Shown here: in pieces, positions 30,728 to 39,169 of the stretch
Layout: the number at the start of each line of letters is the position of its first letter
Numbering within the stretch: the stretch's first letter is position 1
Source of the DNA: Spirochaetota bacterium
GTDB lineage: Bacteria > Spirochaetota > UBA4802 > UBA5550
DNA: 64,000 nucleotides
Direction of reading: 5' to 3'
Assembly (NCBI GenBank): GCA_963663865.1
Contig: OY760686.1
Coordinates: 2,144,001 to 2,208,000 of the forward strand
The notes under the pieces: model-generated
Databases searched by the model: none
Seen by the model: the letters and a program-made list of their open reading frames with translations, nothing else
Told to the model about the DNA's origin: nothing
Program-made: the position numbers and the translations under genes

Positions 30728-31137
30728 TGGGAGCCGGATCACCGAAAGACGACAATGGTACAATCACCGACATCAACATTACACCGATGGTCGATATCAT
30801 GCTTGTCCTTCTTATCATATTCATGGTAACAGCAAATTTTATCAAGAAGGACTCGCTGAATATCAACCTACCCAAAGTGGCCGCCTCTGACCCGAACGTA
30901 AGAGAGTCAACTCAGGTCGCCATGACAAACAAGGGTGAGTTCTATCTGGATGGAAGGGCTGTCACAGAGAGCTTTCTTATTGAAGCGCTGACAAAGGAAG
31001 CGAAATACAGGCCGAATTTAAGGGTGACCCTTTCAGCTGATGAGTCCATATCGTACGGCTCTGTTTCAAGGCTGATGGGGCTCATGCGCAGAGGCGGAGT
31101 CACGAAAATAGCGCTCTCGGTTAACAAAGGAGTCTGA
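30727..31137 (+). CDS. exbD: Biopolymer transport protein ExbD
   Basis: INITPMVDIMLVLLIIFMVT, INLPK, LSAD. Confidence 0.93.
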   Translation: MGAGSPKDDNGTITDINITPMVDIMLVLLIIFMVTANFIKKDSLNINLPKVAASDPNVRESTQVAMTNKGEFYLDGRAVTESFLIEALTKEAKYRPNLRVTLSADESISYGSVSRLMGLMRRGGVTKIALSVNKGV

Positions 31138-31138
31138 C

Positions 31139-31792
31139 TTGAAAAGTGAATCTATAAAGCTTAATCTCTTCGGCAGGGAAATTGAAGCGGGGCGGCTTTT
31201 CAGGTTTGCTGCGTGCATATCCGCGTCTGTTCACCTGGTGATACTTGGCGTTCTGCTTGTAAACAGACTTCTGCCAGGCGGCAATGCCGAATTCATCAAC
31301 AGCGCTTTAGACATTCGACCTCAGGAGATTGAGTTCGATATACCGCCCGAACTCATCGGAGGGACATCAACCCCCGCTCCGGTAGAGAAGCAGGAATGGG
31401 TCGAAGGAACTTCAAAAACAGGCTCCGATCCCAAACTGGAGGAAGTAAACACCAACAAAATATCCGGTGACGGAACCGATCCTGACGGGTACCTCTTCTC
31501 TTTCAATGGAGACAAGGCCCCGACACCTATCATCGACTTTGACCTGAGGCAGTACTATCCCAAAGAGGCAAAGGAAGCCAATGTCATGGAATATACCGTA
31601 ACGCTCCTCGTTCAGGTGGATGAAAAGGGCAAGCTGGTAAGCGCAAAAATCGCATCCGGAAAAGCTCAGTTCGGCTTCAACAGCGCGGCTATGAAGGTCG
31701 TACGCAGGGCCCGCTTTTCGCCGGGGTACAAATCCGGGAAGCCGGTCGCGATGGCGCATTATCTGCCGATAAGGTTCGTACTGGAGAATTAA
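31139..31792 (+). CDS. tonB: Energy transducer TonB
   Basis: TM with SASVH (SxxxH) motif; C-terminal YPKEAK...VQVDEKG...AAMKVVRRARFSPG..GKPV; TTG start. Confidence 0.88.
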   Translation: MKSESIKLNLFGREIEAGRLFRFAACISASVHLVILGVLLVNRLLPGGNAEFINSALDIRPQEIEFDIPPELIGGTSTPAPVEKQEWVEGTSKTGSDPKLEEVNTNKISGDGTDPDGYLFSFNGDKAPTPIIDFDLRQYYPKEAKEANVMEYTVTLLVQVDEKGKLVSAKIASGKAQFGFNSAAMKVVRRARFSPGYKSGKPVAMAHYLPIRFVLEN

Positions 31793-31798
31793 CCCTCT

Positions 31799-31843
31799 GG
31801 CCGGCACGAACCTGTCCCTTCACGCGACAGGTTCGTGCCGGCC
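31799..31843. terminator. 18-bp perfect hairpin between convergent operons, probable bidirectional terminator
   Basis: ggccggcacgaacctgtc-ccttcacgc-gacaggttcgtgccggcc; no U-tract. Confidence 0.65.
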
Positions 31844-31851
31844 GGGCAGCT

Positions 31852-32772
31852 TCACATCGTCTGGCCTTCGAATGGATCCTCTGCTGAAAAATCCGGCCTG
31901 AACAAGGCGCTGCTGCCATGTTCCTGCACCCAGCCTTTTGAAAAACCGAGCGAGTAAAACTCAGAAACAACTTGATCGTATTCCTGACGGCTGATACATC
32001 TTGAAAGCTGGCCTATTCTTTCCGCCTGCCGGACTGCTGGATAGTACTGCGACATGAGCGATACATGCAGCTTCACCGACAGCTCGCAGGCAATCCGCCG
32101 CAAGACCCCTTTGCTCTCTTCAACCTCTCCCGGAAGAATCAGGTGCCTGATTATTATACCGGAAAGCGCGCGGCCGTCATCATCAAGCACAAGAGAGGAA
32201 CCTTTCTGACTCATCATCTCCCCGACGGCGTCAAAGGCCCTGTCCGGATAATCCTCTGCACCAGAATAAAGCGCCGCCTTTTCGGGAGAGCAGTACTTTA
32301 TATCTGGCAAATATACGTCCACCAGGCCTTCAAGCGAACGGATTGTGTTTACAGTATCATACCCACCCGTGTTGTACACAACTACAGGCCTTCGCCCACG
32401 GCGGTGAAGCTCTTGCATGATTTTAATCAACTGGGGGATATTGTGGGTCGGTGATACAAAGCCCAGCATATTCTCAGACCGATCAAGGCAAGACTCTATC
32501 AGTTCGATTAGCCGTTCAAAGGGAACAGCACTGTTCCTCTGCAAAGAAAGGTTGTCGGATATGCTGTGGTTCTGACAGTACACGCACTGCAGCACACAGC
32601 CCCTGAAAAAGACATTACAGACACCCTTATCGCCTGAAAGAGGAGGCTCTTCTCCGAAATGAACGCAAACAGAGGCGACTTCAAATCCAGTGCCGCCTCC
32701 GCAGTATCCTCTCTCACCGGCAAGCCTGTTTACGTGGCAGGACCTGGGACATAGTTCACAGCTCTGTATCAT
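31852..32772 (-). CDS. Radical SAM protein, PflX-like
   Basis: CELCPRSC...GYC, HFGEEPPLSG, CVLQCVYCQN, VDVYLPDIKY, IIRHLILPG, LMSQYYP. Confidence 0.88.
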   Translation of the reverse strand: MIQSCELCPRSCHVNRLAGERGYCGGGTGFEVASVCVHFGEEPPLSGDKGVCNVFFRGCVLQCVYCQNHSISDNLSLQRNSAVPFERLIELIESCLDRSENMLGFVSPTHNIPQLIKIMQELHRRGRRPVVVYNTGGYDTVNTIRSLEGLVDVYLPDIKYCSPEKAALYSGAEDYPDRAFDAVGEMMSQKGSSLVLDDDGRALSGIIIRHLILPGEVEESKGVLRRIACELSVKLHVSLMSQYYPAVRQAERIGQLSRCISRQEYDQVVSEFYSLGFSKGWVQEHGSSALFRPDFSAEDPFEGQTM

Positions 32773-33839
32773 TTCCCCTGCTTCACTATAAACTGAACGA
32801 TGGAGACCGGATTCATTACCGCCTCTGCCGCGCCACGCTTGATTGCTTCCCTCGGCATGCCAAAAACTACCGAGCTGTCCTCGTCCTGAGCTATGGTGTA
32901 GGAGCCGCTTTCCTTCATCTCAAGCAGGCCGTCAGCTCCGTCGGCCCCCATTCCTGTCAGCAGAATACCCGTGGCAGTCGGCCCGCAGAGCCCGGCTACA
33001 GAGCGGAACATAACATCAACAGAAGGCCTGTGCCGGTTGACCGGAAGGCCGTCATTTATTTCGACATAGTAACCTTTTGCATCACGCTTAAGCAGCATGT
33101 GCCGGTTACCCGGAGCGATAAGCGCTGATCCTCTCATCACCCTGTCACCGTCGGCCCCTTCTTTAACGAATATTTTAGAAAGCCCGTTCACCCTGTTTGC
33201 AAAGGCCTCTGTGAACTTTTCCGGCATGTGCTGAACGACCAGGATGCCCGGAACATCCTCGGGCAGAGAACTCAGGATATCCGCGATAACCTCGGTCCCT
33301 CCCGTTGAAGCCCCGATAGCAATCAGCGATTCGCTCTGGACACCCGGCCTGTATTCATTACGCCGCGGCAAAATAACATCAGCGTTGTACTTCTGCTCAA
33401 CACGCATAGACTCGAATAAAATTGGTTTCTTTTTCACTGACCGGGCAGCCGCTATGACCTTGTCGACAAGGCCGGCGGCAAAATCGTCCCACCTGTTCAT
33501 ATCCTCAGCCGTCGGTTTCGGAATAAAATCGAAAGCACCGGCCTTAAGGGCTTTCATCGTTTTCTCGGCGCCCTCAACAGTAACAGCGCTGACCATTAGA
33601 ACGGGCATTGGCCGCCACTGCATAAGCTTTGAAAGAAAAGTCAGCCCGTCCATTCTGGGCATTTCAATATCAAGGGTAATGACATCAGGGTTGAGGCGTT
33701 TTATTTTATCCGCCGCAATTATAGGGTCAAGGGCCGTTCCCACAACCTCAATCTGTTTGGACACTGACAGAGCGTCAGTGAGCATTTTTCTCATGACGGC
33801 TGAATCATCAACAATCAGCACTTTTATCTTTTCACCCAT
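32769..33839 (-). CDS. cheB: Chemotaxis methylesterase CheB
   Basis: REC domain (VDDS, LDIEMP) plus IGASTGG, VQHMP, HRPSVD, LTGMGADG. Confidence 0.97.
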   Translation of the reverse strand: MGEKIKVLIVDDSAVMRKMLTDALSVSKQIEVVGTALDPIIAADKIKRLNPDVITLDIEMPRMDGLTFLSKLMQWRPMPVLMVSAVTVEGAEKTMKALKAGAFDFIPKPTAEDMNRWDDFAAGLVDKVIAAARSVKKKPILFESMRVEQKYNADVILPRRNEYRPGVQSESLIAIGASTGGTEVIADILSSLPEDVPGILVVQHMPEKFTEAFANRVNGLSKIFVKEGADGDRVMRGSALIAPGNRHMLLKRDAKGYYVEINDGLPVNRHRPSVDVMFRSVAGLCGPTATGILLTGMGADGADGLLEMKESGSYTIAQDEDSSVVFGMPREAIKRGAAEAVMNPVSIVQFIVKQGK

Positions 33840-33841
33840 CT

Positions 33842-34390
33842 TCACTCCCTGCATCGAATGTCTGGCACGCGTACCTGTGCCGTGGGGCAGTAGGTTTTAC
33901 TGATGGTCTTCTTCAAAAAGACCTTGCCGCTTGTGACATCCATAAAAAGCTTTCTCATATAGTTTCCGCCGTGGTCTACATGTGTAATGCTGATATCCTC
34001 AATCTCCAATATGGCCCGGGCAAGCCTGACATTGTCCTGAGAAATGCCGCTTCCAGTATCATCAATATCAATTACCCTGCCCCCTCCAAAGACCTTTGCG
34101 GAAATACACTCCCTTCGGGCTCCCTTCTTCTCCATGCTTTCAATAAGCTCCCTTATTGCCACAATCCCGTATTTGGCGGAATTATCCGCAAACAGGTCAG
34201 CCTTGCATACCCTTCCCGGCAGCATGAAGTGGTTCATGCCTGAGATCAGCTTTTTGCTGTCGTAGAGACATACCGCAACGCAAGAGCCGAGCACTGTGCC
34301 AATGACCTCATCTTCCGATGATACGTAAAGCTCTCCCGCGTTGATCGTGACAAGATTTTTACCGAATCTGGCTTCATGCCTGATATACAT
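33842..34390 (-). CDS. cheD: Chemoreceptor glutamine deamidase CheD
   Basis: TVLGSCVAVCLYD, GMNHFMLP, AKVFGG. Confidence 0.93.
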   Translation of the reverse strand: MYIRHEARFGKNLVTINAGELYVSSEDEVIGTVLGSCVAVCLYDSKKLISGMNHFMLPGRVCKADLFADNSAKYGIVAIRELIESMEKKGARRECISAKVFGGGRVIDIDDTGSGISQDNVRLARAILEIEDISITHVDHGGNYMRKLFMDVTSGKVFLKKTISKTYCPTAQVRVPDIRCRE

Positions 34391-35214
34391 TAATCAATCC
34401 TGACATATATCGACTTCCCATAACATCTGAAAATGTCCTGCAAACCGGTCAGTGTTTCAGAATGGCCAATCAGGAGATATCCGTCTTTATCGAGATAATT
34501 ATAAAATTTTTTGAATAAGGATTTCTGCGTATCTCTATCGAAATATATTACAACATTTCTGCAAAATATTACATCAAACTTTTTCTTCATAGGATAGTTT
34601 TCGTCAAGAAAATTAAGCCTCGCAAACGATATCATTTTTCTAACATTTTCTTTAACCATCACCTTGCCGTTGTTGACTCCGCTGCCCTTCAGGAAATACC
34701 TTTTTGCAAAATCCTTCTTCATCTGAGACAGTGCGGCATCGGGATATACGCCCCCGCGGGCGGTATCAAGGACTTTTGTATCGATATCGGTGGCAAGTAT
34801 CCGGACAGGACAGAGAGGAATACGCAGACTGTATTCAAGGATGGTAATAGCAATTGAATAGGCTTCTTCACCAGTGGAACATCCTGCACACCAGATCCTG
34901 AGTTCCTTCCGCTCCTTTGTAACAGCAGGAAGATACTCGTTAGTTAAAAAATCAAAGTGGGCTGATTCTCTGAAGAACTCGGTCTTATTCGTGGTAATAC
35001 AGTTGATAAAATCGAAGAGCTCGCTGCTGTAGTTTTCGACAAGATATGCGTAATAATCCTCGTAATCGGGCAGTGAAAGCTCCCTCATCCGCCGCATGAG
35101 CCTTGACTGAACCAAAGACTTTTTCATCGGCGACATTTTTATTCCGCTCTCGCGGTATATTATCTCGCGAAAACGGTCAAAGGTTTTATCACTCAGCTCT
35201 CGCACCTGAAGCAT
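34390..35214 (-). CDS. cheR: Chemotaxis methyltransferase CheR
   Basis: TTNKTEFFRE, WCAGCSTGEEAYS, ATDID, FCRNVVIYFD, GHSE. Confidence 0.97.
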   Translation of the reverse strand: MLQVRELSDKTFDRFREIIYRESGIKMSPMKKSLVQSRLMRRMRELSLPDYEDYYAYLVENYSSELFDFINCITTNKTEFFRESAHFDFLTNEYLPAVTKERKELRIWCAGCSTGEEAYSIAITILEYSLRIPLCPVRILATDIDTKVLDTARGGVYPDAALSQMKKDFAKRYFLKGSGVNNGKVMVKENVRKMISFARLNFLDENYPMKKKFDVIFCRNVVIYFDRDTQKSLFKKFYNYLDKDGYLLIGHSETLTGLQDIFRCYGKSIYVRID

Positions 35215-35219
35215 CAGAT

Positions 35220-35816
35220 TTACTTCCCGCCGAAAAGTATAACTTTGCCGTACTTCTTGCCGCTTCTAAGCTCCCTGTCAATATACTCCCTCTCCATAAC
35301 GGAAAACTCTGAAGATTCACTGTTATTCACAAGTAATTTCCTCAAGACCTTTCCGGTACGGGGGAAAAATATTATTTTCCTGCGGTTTCCCCCTCCAATG
35401 TCCTGAGCGGCAACCGGAATTTTTTCTGACAGGGAATACTCCCTGATAAACCTAGTTGTACTCTCAACAACCTCAGAGATCCTTGCCGTTTCACCTGAAA
35501 GGTGGGCGCCTCCGAAAACCTTTCCGGTCAGGTCCCTTCTGTCCCCCCCCTGCTTGACGATCTCACCGATAAGGATCTCCATTTTTGATACCGCATGGGC
35601 CGCGACATCGTCCCGGAAAATACCCTCAGTACCCAGAGTACCGTGCACAATAAAGTGAGTCATTGCCCCAATGCCCCTGCTGGTATCGTACAGACATACA
35701 ACAACACATGAGCCGGTTACTGTTGAAAGGATACAGTCTTCAGTCGTTGCCAGACAATCACCGGGATAAAGTATATACATGTCCTTCCCGGACTTCCTGT
35801 CATGGCTCTTTATCAT
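35220..35816 (-). CDS. cheD: Second, divergent CheD-family protein
   Basis: TVTGSCVVVCLYD, AMTHFIV, GKVFGGA, DIGG..RRKIIF. Confidence 0.8.
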   Translation of the reverse strand: MIKSHDRKSGKDMYILYPGDCLATTEDCILSTVTGSCVVVCLYDTSRGIGAMTHFIVHGTLGTEGIFRDDVAAHAVSKMEILIGEIVKQGGDRRDLTGKVFGGAHLSGETARISEVVESTTRFIREYSLSEKIPVAAQDIGGGNRRKIIFFPRTGKVLRKLLVNNSESSEFSVMEREYIDRELRSGKKYGKVILFGGK

Positions 35817-35826
35817 TTCAAGCTGC

Positions 35827-36366
35827 CTAAAGCTCCGCTCTTTCCTTCTTCAGGGAGTTTATCTCATCAACCGACAAAATCCTGTCCACATCAAGAAGAA
35901 TAACAAGCTGATCGTCCAGCTTTCCTATTCCCCTTATGTAATCAGTATCAATATTCACGCTGAAGTGGGGCGTGTCCTGCACAGAAGATATCGGCATTGA
36001 AATAACGTCTGATACTGAATCGACTATCATTCCGATCAACATACCCCTCGTTTCAACGATCAGAATGACCGTGTACTGGTCATACTCGCGCTCGTCCATC
36101 CTGAGCTTCAATCTCATATCTACGACCGGAACAACTGACCCTCTGAGGTTAATAACCCCTTTCATAAAACTCATGCTGTTTGGCATATGGGTTATCTGGG
36201 TCATACCGATGATTTCCTGAACCTTTAAGACCTCAACGCCGTAAACCTCATTGTGAATAAGAAAAGTCACGAACTGTACTGTATCTTGTCCAGAAGCATC
36301 CTGTCCCTTCGATTCTTTTTTCTGGATCTCTTCATTTATCTTCTCGGTTGAAACAGCGCTTTCCAT
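35827..36366 (-). CDS. cheW: Chemotaxis protein CheW
   Basis: YGVEVLKVQEII, GVINLRGSVVPVVD, GMIVDSVSDV; ATG 36366 behind AGGAGG. Confidence 0.96.
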   Translation of the reverse strand: MESAVSTEKINEEIQKKESKGQDASGQDTVQFVTFLIHNEVYGVEVLKVQEIIGMTQITHMPNSMSFMKGVINLRGSVVPVVDMRLKLRMDEREYDQYTVILIVETRGMLIGMIVDSVSDVISMPISSVQDTPHFSVNIDTDYIRGIGKLDDQLVILLDVDRILSVDEINSLKKERAEL

Positions 36367-36379
36367 GGGAACCTCCTGA

Positions 36380-36751
36380 TTACCTGACAAGTTTTTTTAC
36401 TACATCAAGAAGCTGAGCTGGCTGAAACGGCTTCACAAGCCATCCTGACGCTCCGGCCTCTTTACCCCTGCTGATCATTGAATCCTCGCACTCTGTAGTA
36501 AGGACTACAACCGGTGTAAACTGGTCTTTCTTTCGAAATTCTCCGATAAATGTGATACCGTCCATCTCCGGCATATTCACATCCACGATTACAAGCGCTA
36601 TTTCGTCACCCCCGGCCGTAATCTCTTCGGCTTTTTCGAGCCCGTCGAGACCGTTTACCGCCTGAACCACCGGGTATCCGGTTTCCTTTAAAGAGACCTG
36701 CACGCTCATTCGAATTGTGCTGGAATCATCAATCGCTAAAATCTTCTTCAT
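36380..36751 (-). CDS. cheY: Chemotaxis response regulator CheY
   Basis: IDDS, DVNMPEMDG, LTTE, GWLVKPF. Confidence 0.93.
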   Translation of the reverse strand: MKKILAIDDSSTIRMSVQVSLKETGYPVVQAVNGLDGLEKAEEITAGGDEIALVIVDVNMPEMDGITFIGEFRKKDQFTPVVVLTTECEDSMISRGKEAGASGWLVKPFQPAQLLDVVKKLVR

Positions 36752-37020
36752 TGAGCTCTATCCTCCTGCCTGATTATACCCGTCATTTTCATCTGGTTTT
36801 TAACTGCCTCAGAAACATTGCTGAAAAGCATTTTTTTGCCCGATAATCTGAGGCTCTTTCGGGCGGAAATGAGAAGCTGAATCATGGACAGGTCGAGCGA
36901 CTCAAGCTCACTGAAATCAATCCGGATGTCTTCTCCTCTCTGCACATTTTTTTTCATCTCTTCGTAGAGCAATGAAATATTTCTGATGCCGGCAGATTTA
37001 TCAAGACGTATTTCTATCAT
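36748..37020 (-). CDS. STAS-domain protein
   Basis: IDFSELESLDLSMIQLL; typical position between cheA and cheY; ATG 37020 behind GGAGG. Confidence 0.8.
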   Translation of the reverse strand: MIEIRLDKSAGIRNISLLYEEMKKNVQRGEDIRIDFSELESLDLSMIQLLISARKSLRLSGKKMLFSNVSEAVKNQMKMTGIIRQEDRAQ

Positions 37021-37048
37021 TACTTCATCCTCCGCAAATTCAAGATAG

Positions 37049-39142
37049 TCAAACCTGGGACAATTCACCTATAAGGCCGTGAATATCAATAATAAGGGCG
37101 ACGCTCCCATCACCAAGTATCGCGGCGCCCGATATTGCTCTGCTTTCAGTTATTCCTTTATCAAGACTCTTTATAACAGTCTGATGCTGACCTAAGAGAT
37201 CGTCTACCATAATGCCTATTTTTCTGTCGCCAGACTCAACAATAACAACAAGCGCCTCATGAGGTTCTGTCCTGTCAGCATCGACCCCGAAAAGCCTGTG
37301 CAGCCTGACAAGTGATATATAATTACCCCGGACTTTTATTATCTCCCCTTTTCCCTCAACTGTTTTGACATCTGTTTCCGAAGGCTGCATTGACTCAACA
37401 ATCGAGAGAAGCGGTACAATATAGGCTTCCCTGCCAACCCGAACAAGCATACCGTCAATTATTGCCATAGTCAGAGGAAGCTTTATCCTGAACACTGTCC
37501 CCTCGCCCTCTCTTGAGTCAATTTCAATCACCCCGCGCAGGGAGTCAATGTTGGTGCGTACAACATCCATCCCTACGCCCCTTCCGGAAAGAGCGCCTAC
37601 CGATTCGGCTGTGGAAAATCCAGGAGCAAATATAAAGCTATAGAGTCTGCTGTCGGTAACATCCTCATCATAAGCCAGCATTTCCTTCTGGATAGCCCTC
37701 TCGCGCAGCTTCTTCCTGTTCAGCCCTCTACCGTCATCCTCAATTTCAATATAGACACTTCCTTCCTGGTGATAGGCCCTCAGGCTGATTCTGCCGGCGG
37801 CTGGTTTGCCCGAGGCAATCCTCTCTTCCGAAGTCTCTATCCCGTGGTCAATTGAGTTGCGTATCATGTGCTTCAGCGGATCGCCGATTTTCTCGATAAC
37901 GGTCTTGTCAAGTTCAGTCTCGCGCCCTTCTATCTGGAGCTGAATCTCCTTCCCCGTTTCAAGAGCAGCATCCCTGACGAACCTTCTGAACTGTTCAAAG
38001 GTGGGTCCAACCGGCACCATCCTGATGGACATGATCTGTTCCTGAAACTCCCTCGTGGTACGGTCGAGGCCGTGAAGGGCGTTTTTTAACCTGAAACTCA
38101 CCTCGTCATCAATCTCATCTGATATCCTTGATATTGACGACTGCCCAATAACAATCTCGCCGAGAAGGTTCATCAGCCTGTCAAGCTTGCCTGCATCAAC
38201 ACGGACCGTGCCGGTCTCAATCTTACTCCTGATCTTTTCCTGGTCAGAAAGAGCTTTCCCTATTTCCTTCTTGCTGGCGTAACCTTTTTCAACCACCACA
38301 TCGCCGAGCCTGAGATTTTTTTTCTCCTGAACGGCTATGGCCTCCGCGAGTTCACCCTCTGTCAAAATACCGCGGCTTACCAGCATCTCTCCAAGCCTGA
38401 GTTCCCCGCGAGGCACCCCGGATTCAGACAAATCATAGCCGGCTGATACATCGGTGATCTCTATGCCTCCGTCATCAGCGAAAAGAAAGATGTTTCTCAG
38501 TTCCTGAATATCAGCTTCAGTCTTTATCACGCATTTCCATGTGAGGTAACATCTATGAGGGTCGAATTTATCAAGCGGGGGTACAGCTTTTCTATCCGGG
38601 ATGCTGAGGACTATCTCACCCTTCGAACACAGCTCCTCAATAAGGATGAGAGGGTCAATCCCCTGCCTGAAGATATTATGATTAAATGAAGCCCTGACCA
38701 TGTAGTATCTTTCCGTTCGGGACTCAGCCTGCTGAATCGAGTCCCCGACCCCTGCCCCGTCTGAGATTCCAGGCTTAACCTCCTCAATCCTTCGTATAAG
38801 CTCATCAGCGATCTCACGGCCCTCGCCTTCGGCAAAACCCGAAGCCAGTTCCTGTCTTATCCAATCAACACTGCCGAGGAGTATATCCACAATCTCCCTG
38901 TCGGCCTCCAGCTTACCGGAGCGCACGTGATCCATCAGGTTCTCAAGCCTGTGGCTGAACTCACTGACCCCAGTAAAGCCGGCAATGCCGGAACTGCCCT
39001 TTATGGTGTGCACTAACCTGAAAAGCTCGTTGACAATCTCCTGGCTGTACTGCTCCTCAAGACTCACAATATCAAGCTCAATCCTTTCAAGAAGCTCACC
39101 CGCCTCCTGAAGAAAGACTTCCTTTATGCCGTTATCTGTCAC
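37049..39142 (-). CDS. cheA: Chemotaxis histidine kinase CheA with MshEN-like insert
   Basis: Hpt FRLVHTIKG; LDRLMNLLGEIVI; HMIRNSIDHG, DDGRG, GFSTA, SGRGVGMDVV; CheW-like C-terminus; GTG start. Confidence 0.97.
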   Translation of the reverse strand: MTDNGIKEVFLQEAGELLERIELDIVSLEEQYSQEIVNELFRLVHTIKGSSGIAGFTGVSEFSHRLENLMDHVRSGKLEADREIVDILLGSVDWIRQELASGFAEGEGREIADELIRRIEEVKPGISDGAGVGDSIQQAESRTERYYMVRASFNHNIFRQGIDPLILIEELCSKGEIVLSIPDRKAVPPLDKFDPHRCYLTWKCVIKTEADIQELRNIFLFADDGGIEITDVSAGYDLSESGVPRGELRLGEMLVSRGILTEGELAEAIAVQEKKNLRLGDVVVEKGYASKKEIGKALSDQEKIRSKIETGTVRVDAGKLDRLMNLLGEIVIGQSSISRISDEIDDEVSFRLKNALHGLDRTTREFQEQIMSIRMVPVGPTFEQFRRFVRDAALETGKEIQLQIEGRETELDKTVIEKIGDPLKHMIRNSIDHGIETSEERIASGKPAAGRISLRAYHQEGSVYIEIEDDGRGLNRKKLRERAIQKEMLAYDEDVTDSRLYSFIFAPGFSTAESVGALSGRGVGMDVVRTNIDSLRGVIEIDSREGEGTVFRIKLPLTMAIIDGMLVRVGREAYIVPLLSIVESMQPSETDVKTVEGKGEIIKVRGNYISLVRLHRLFGVDADRTEPHEALVVIVESGDRKIGIMVDDLLGQHQTVIKSLDKGITESRAISGAAILGDGSVALIIDIHGLIGELSQV

Positions 39143-39169
39143 ACAGTCCTCCCATAATCGCGGGTGTTC

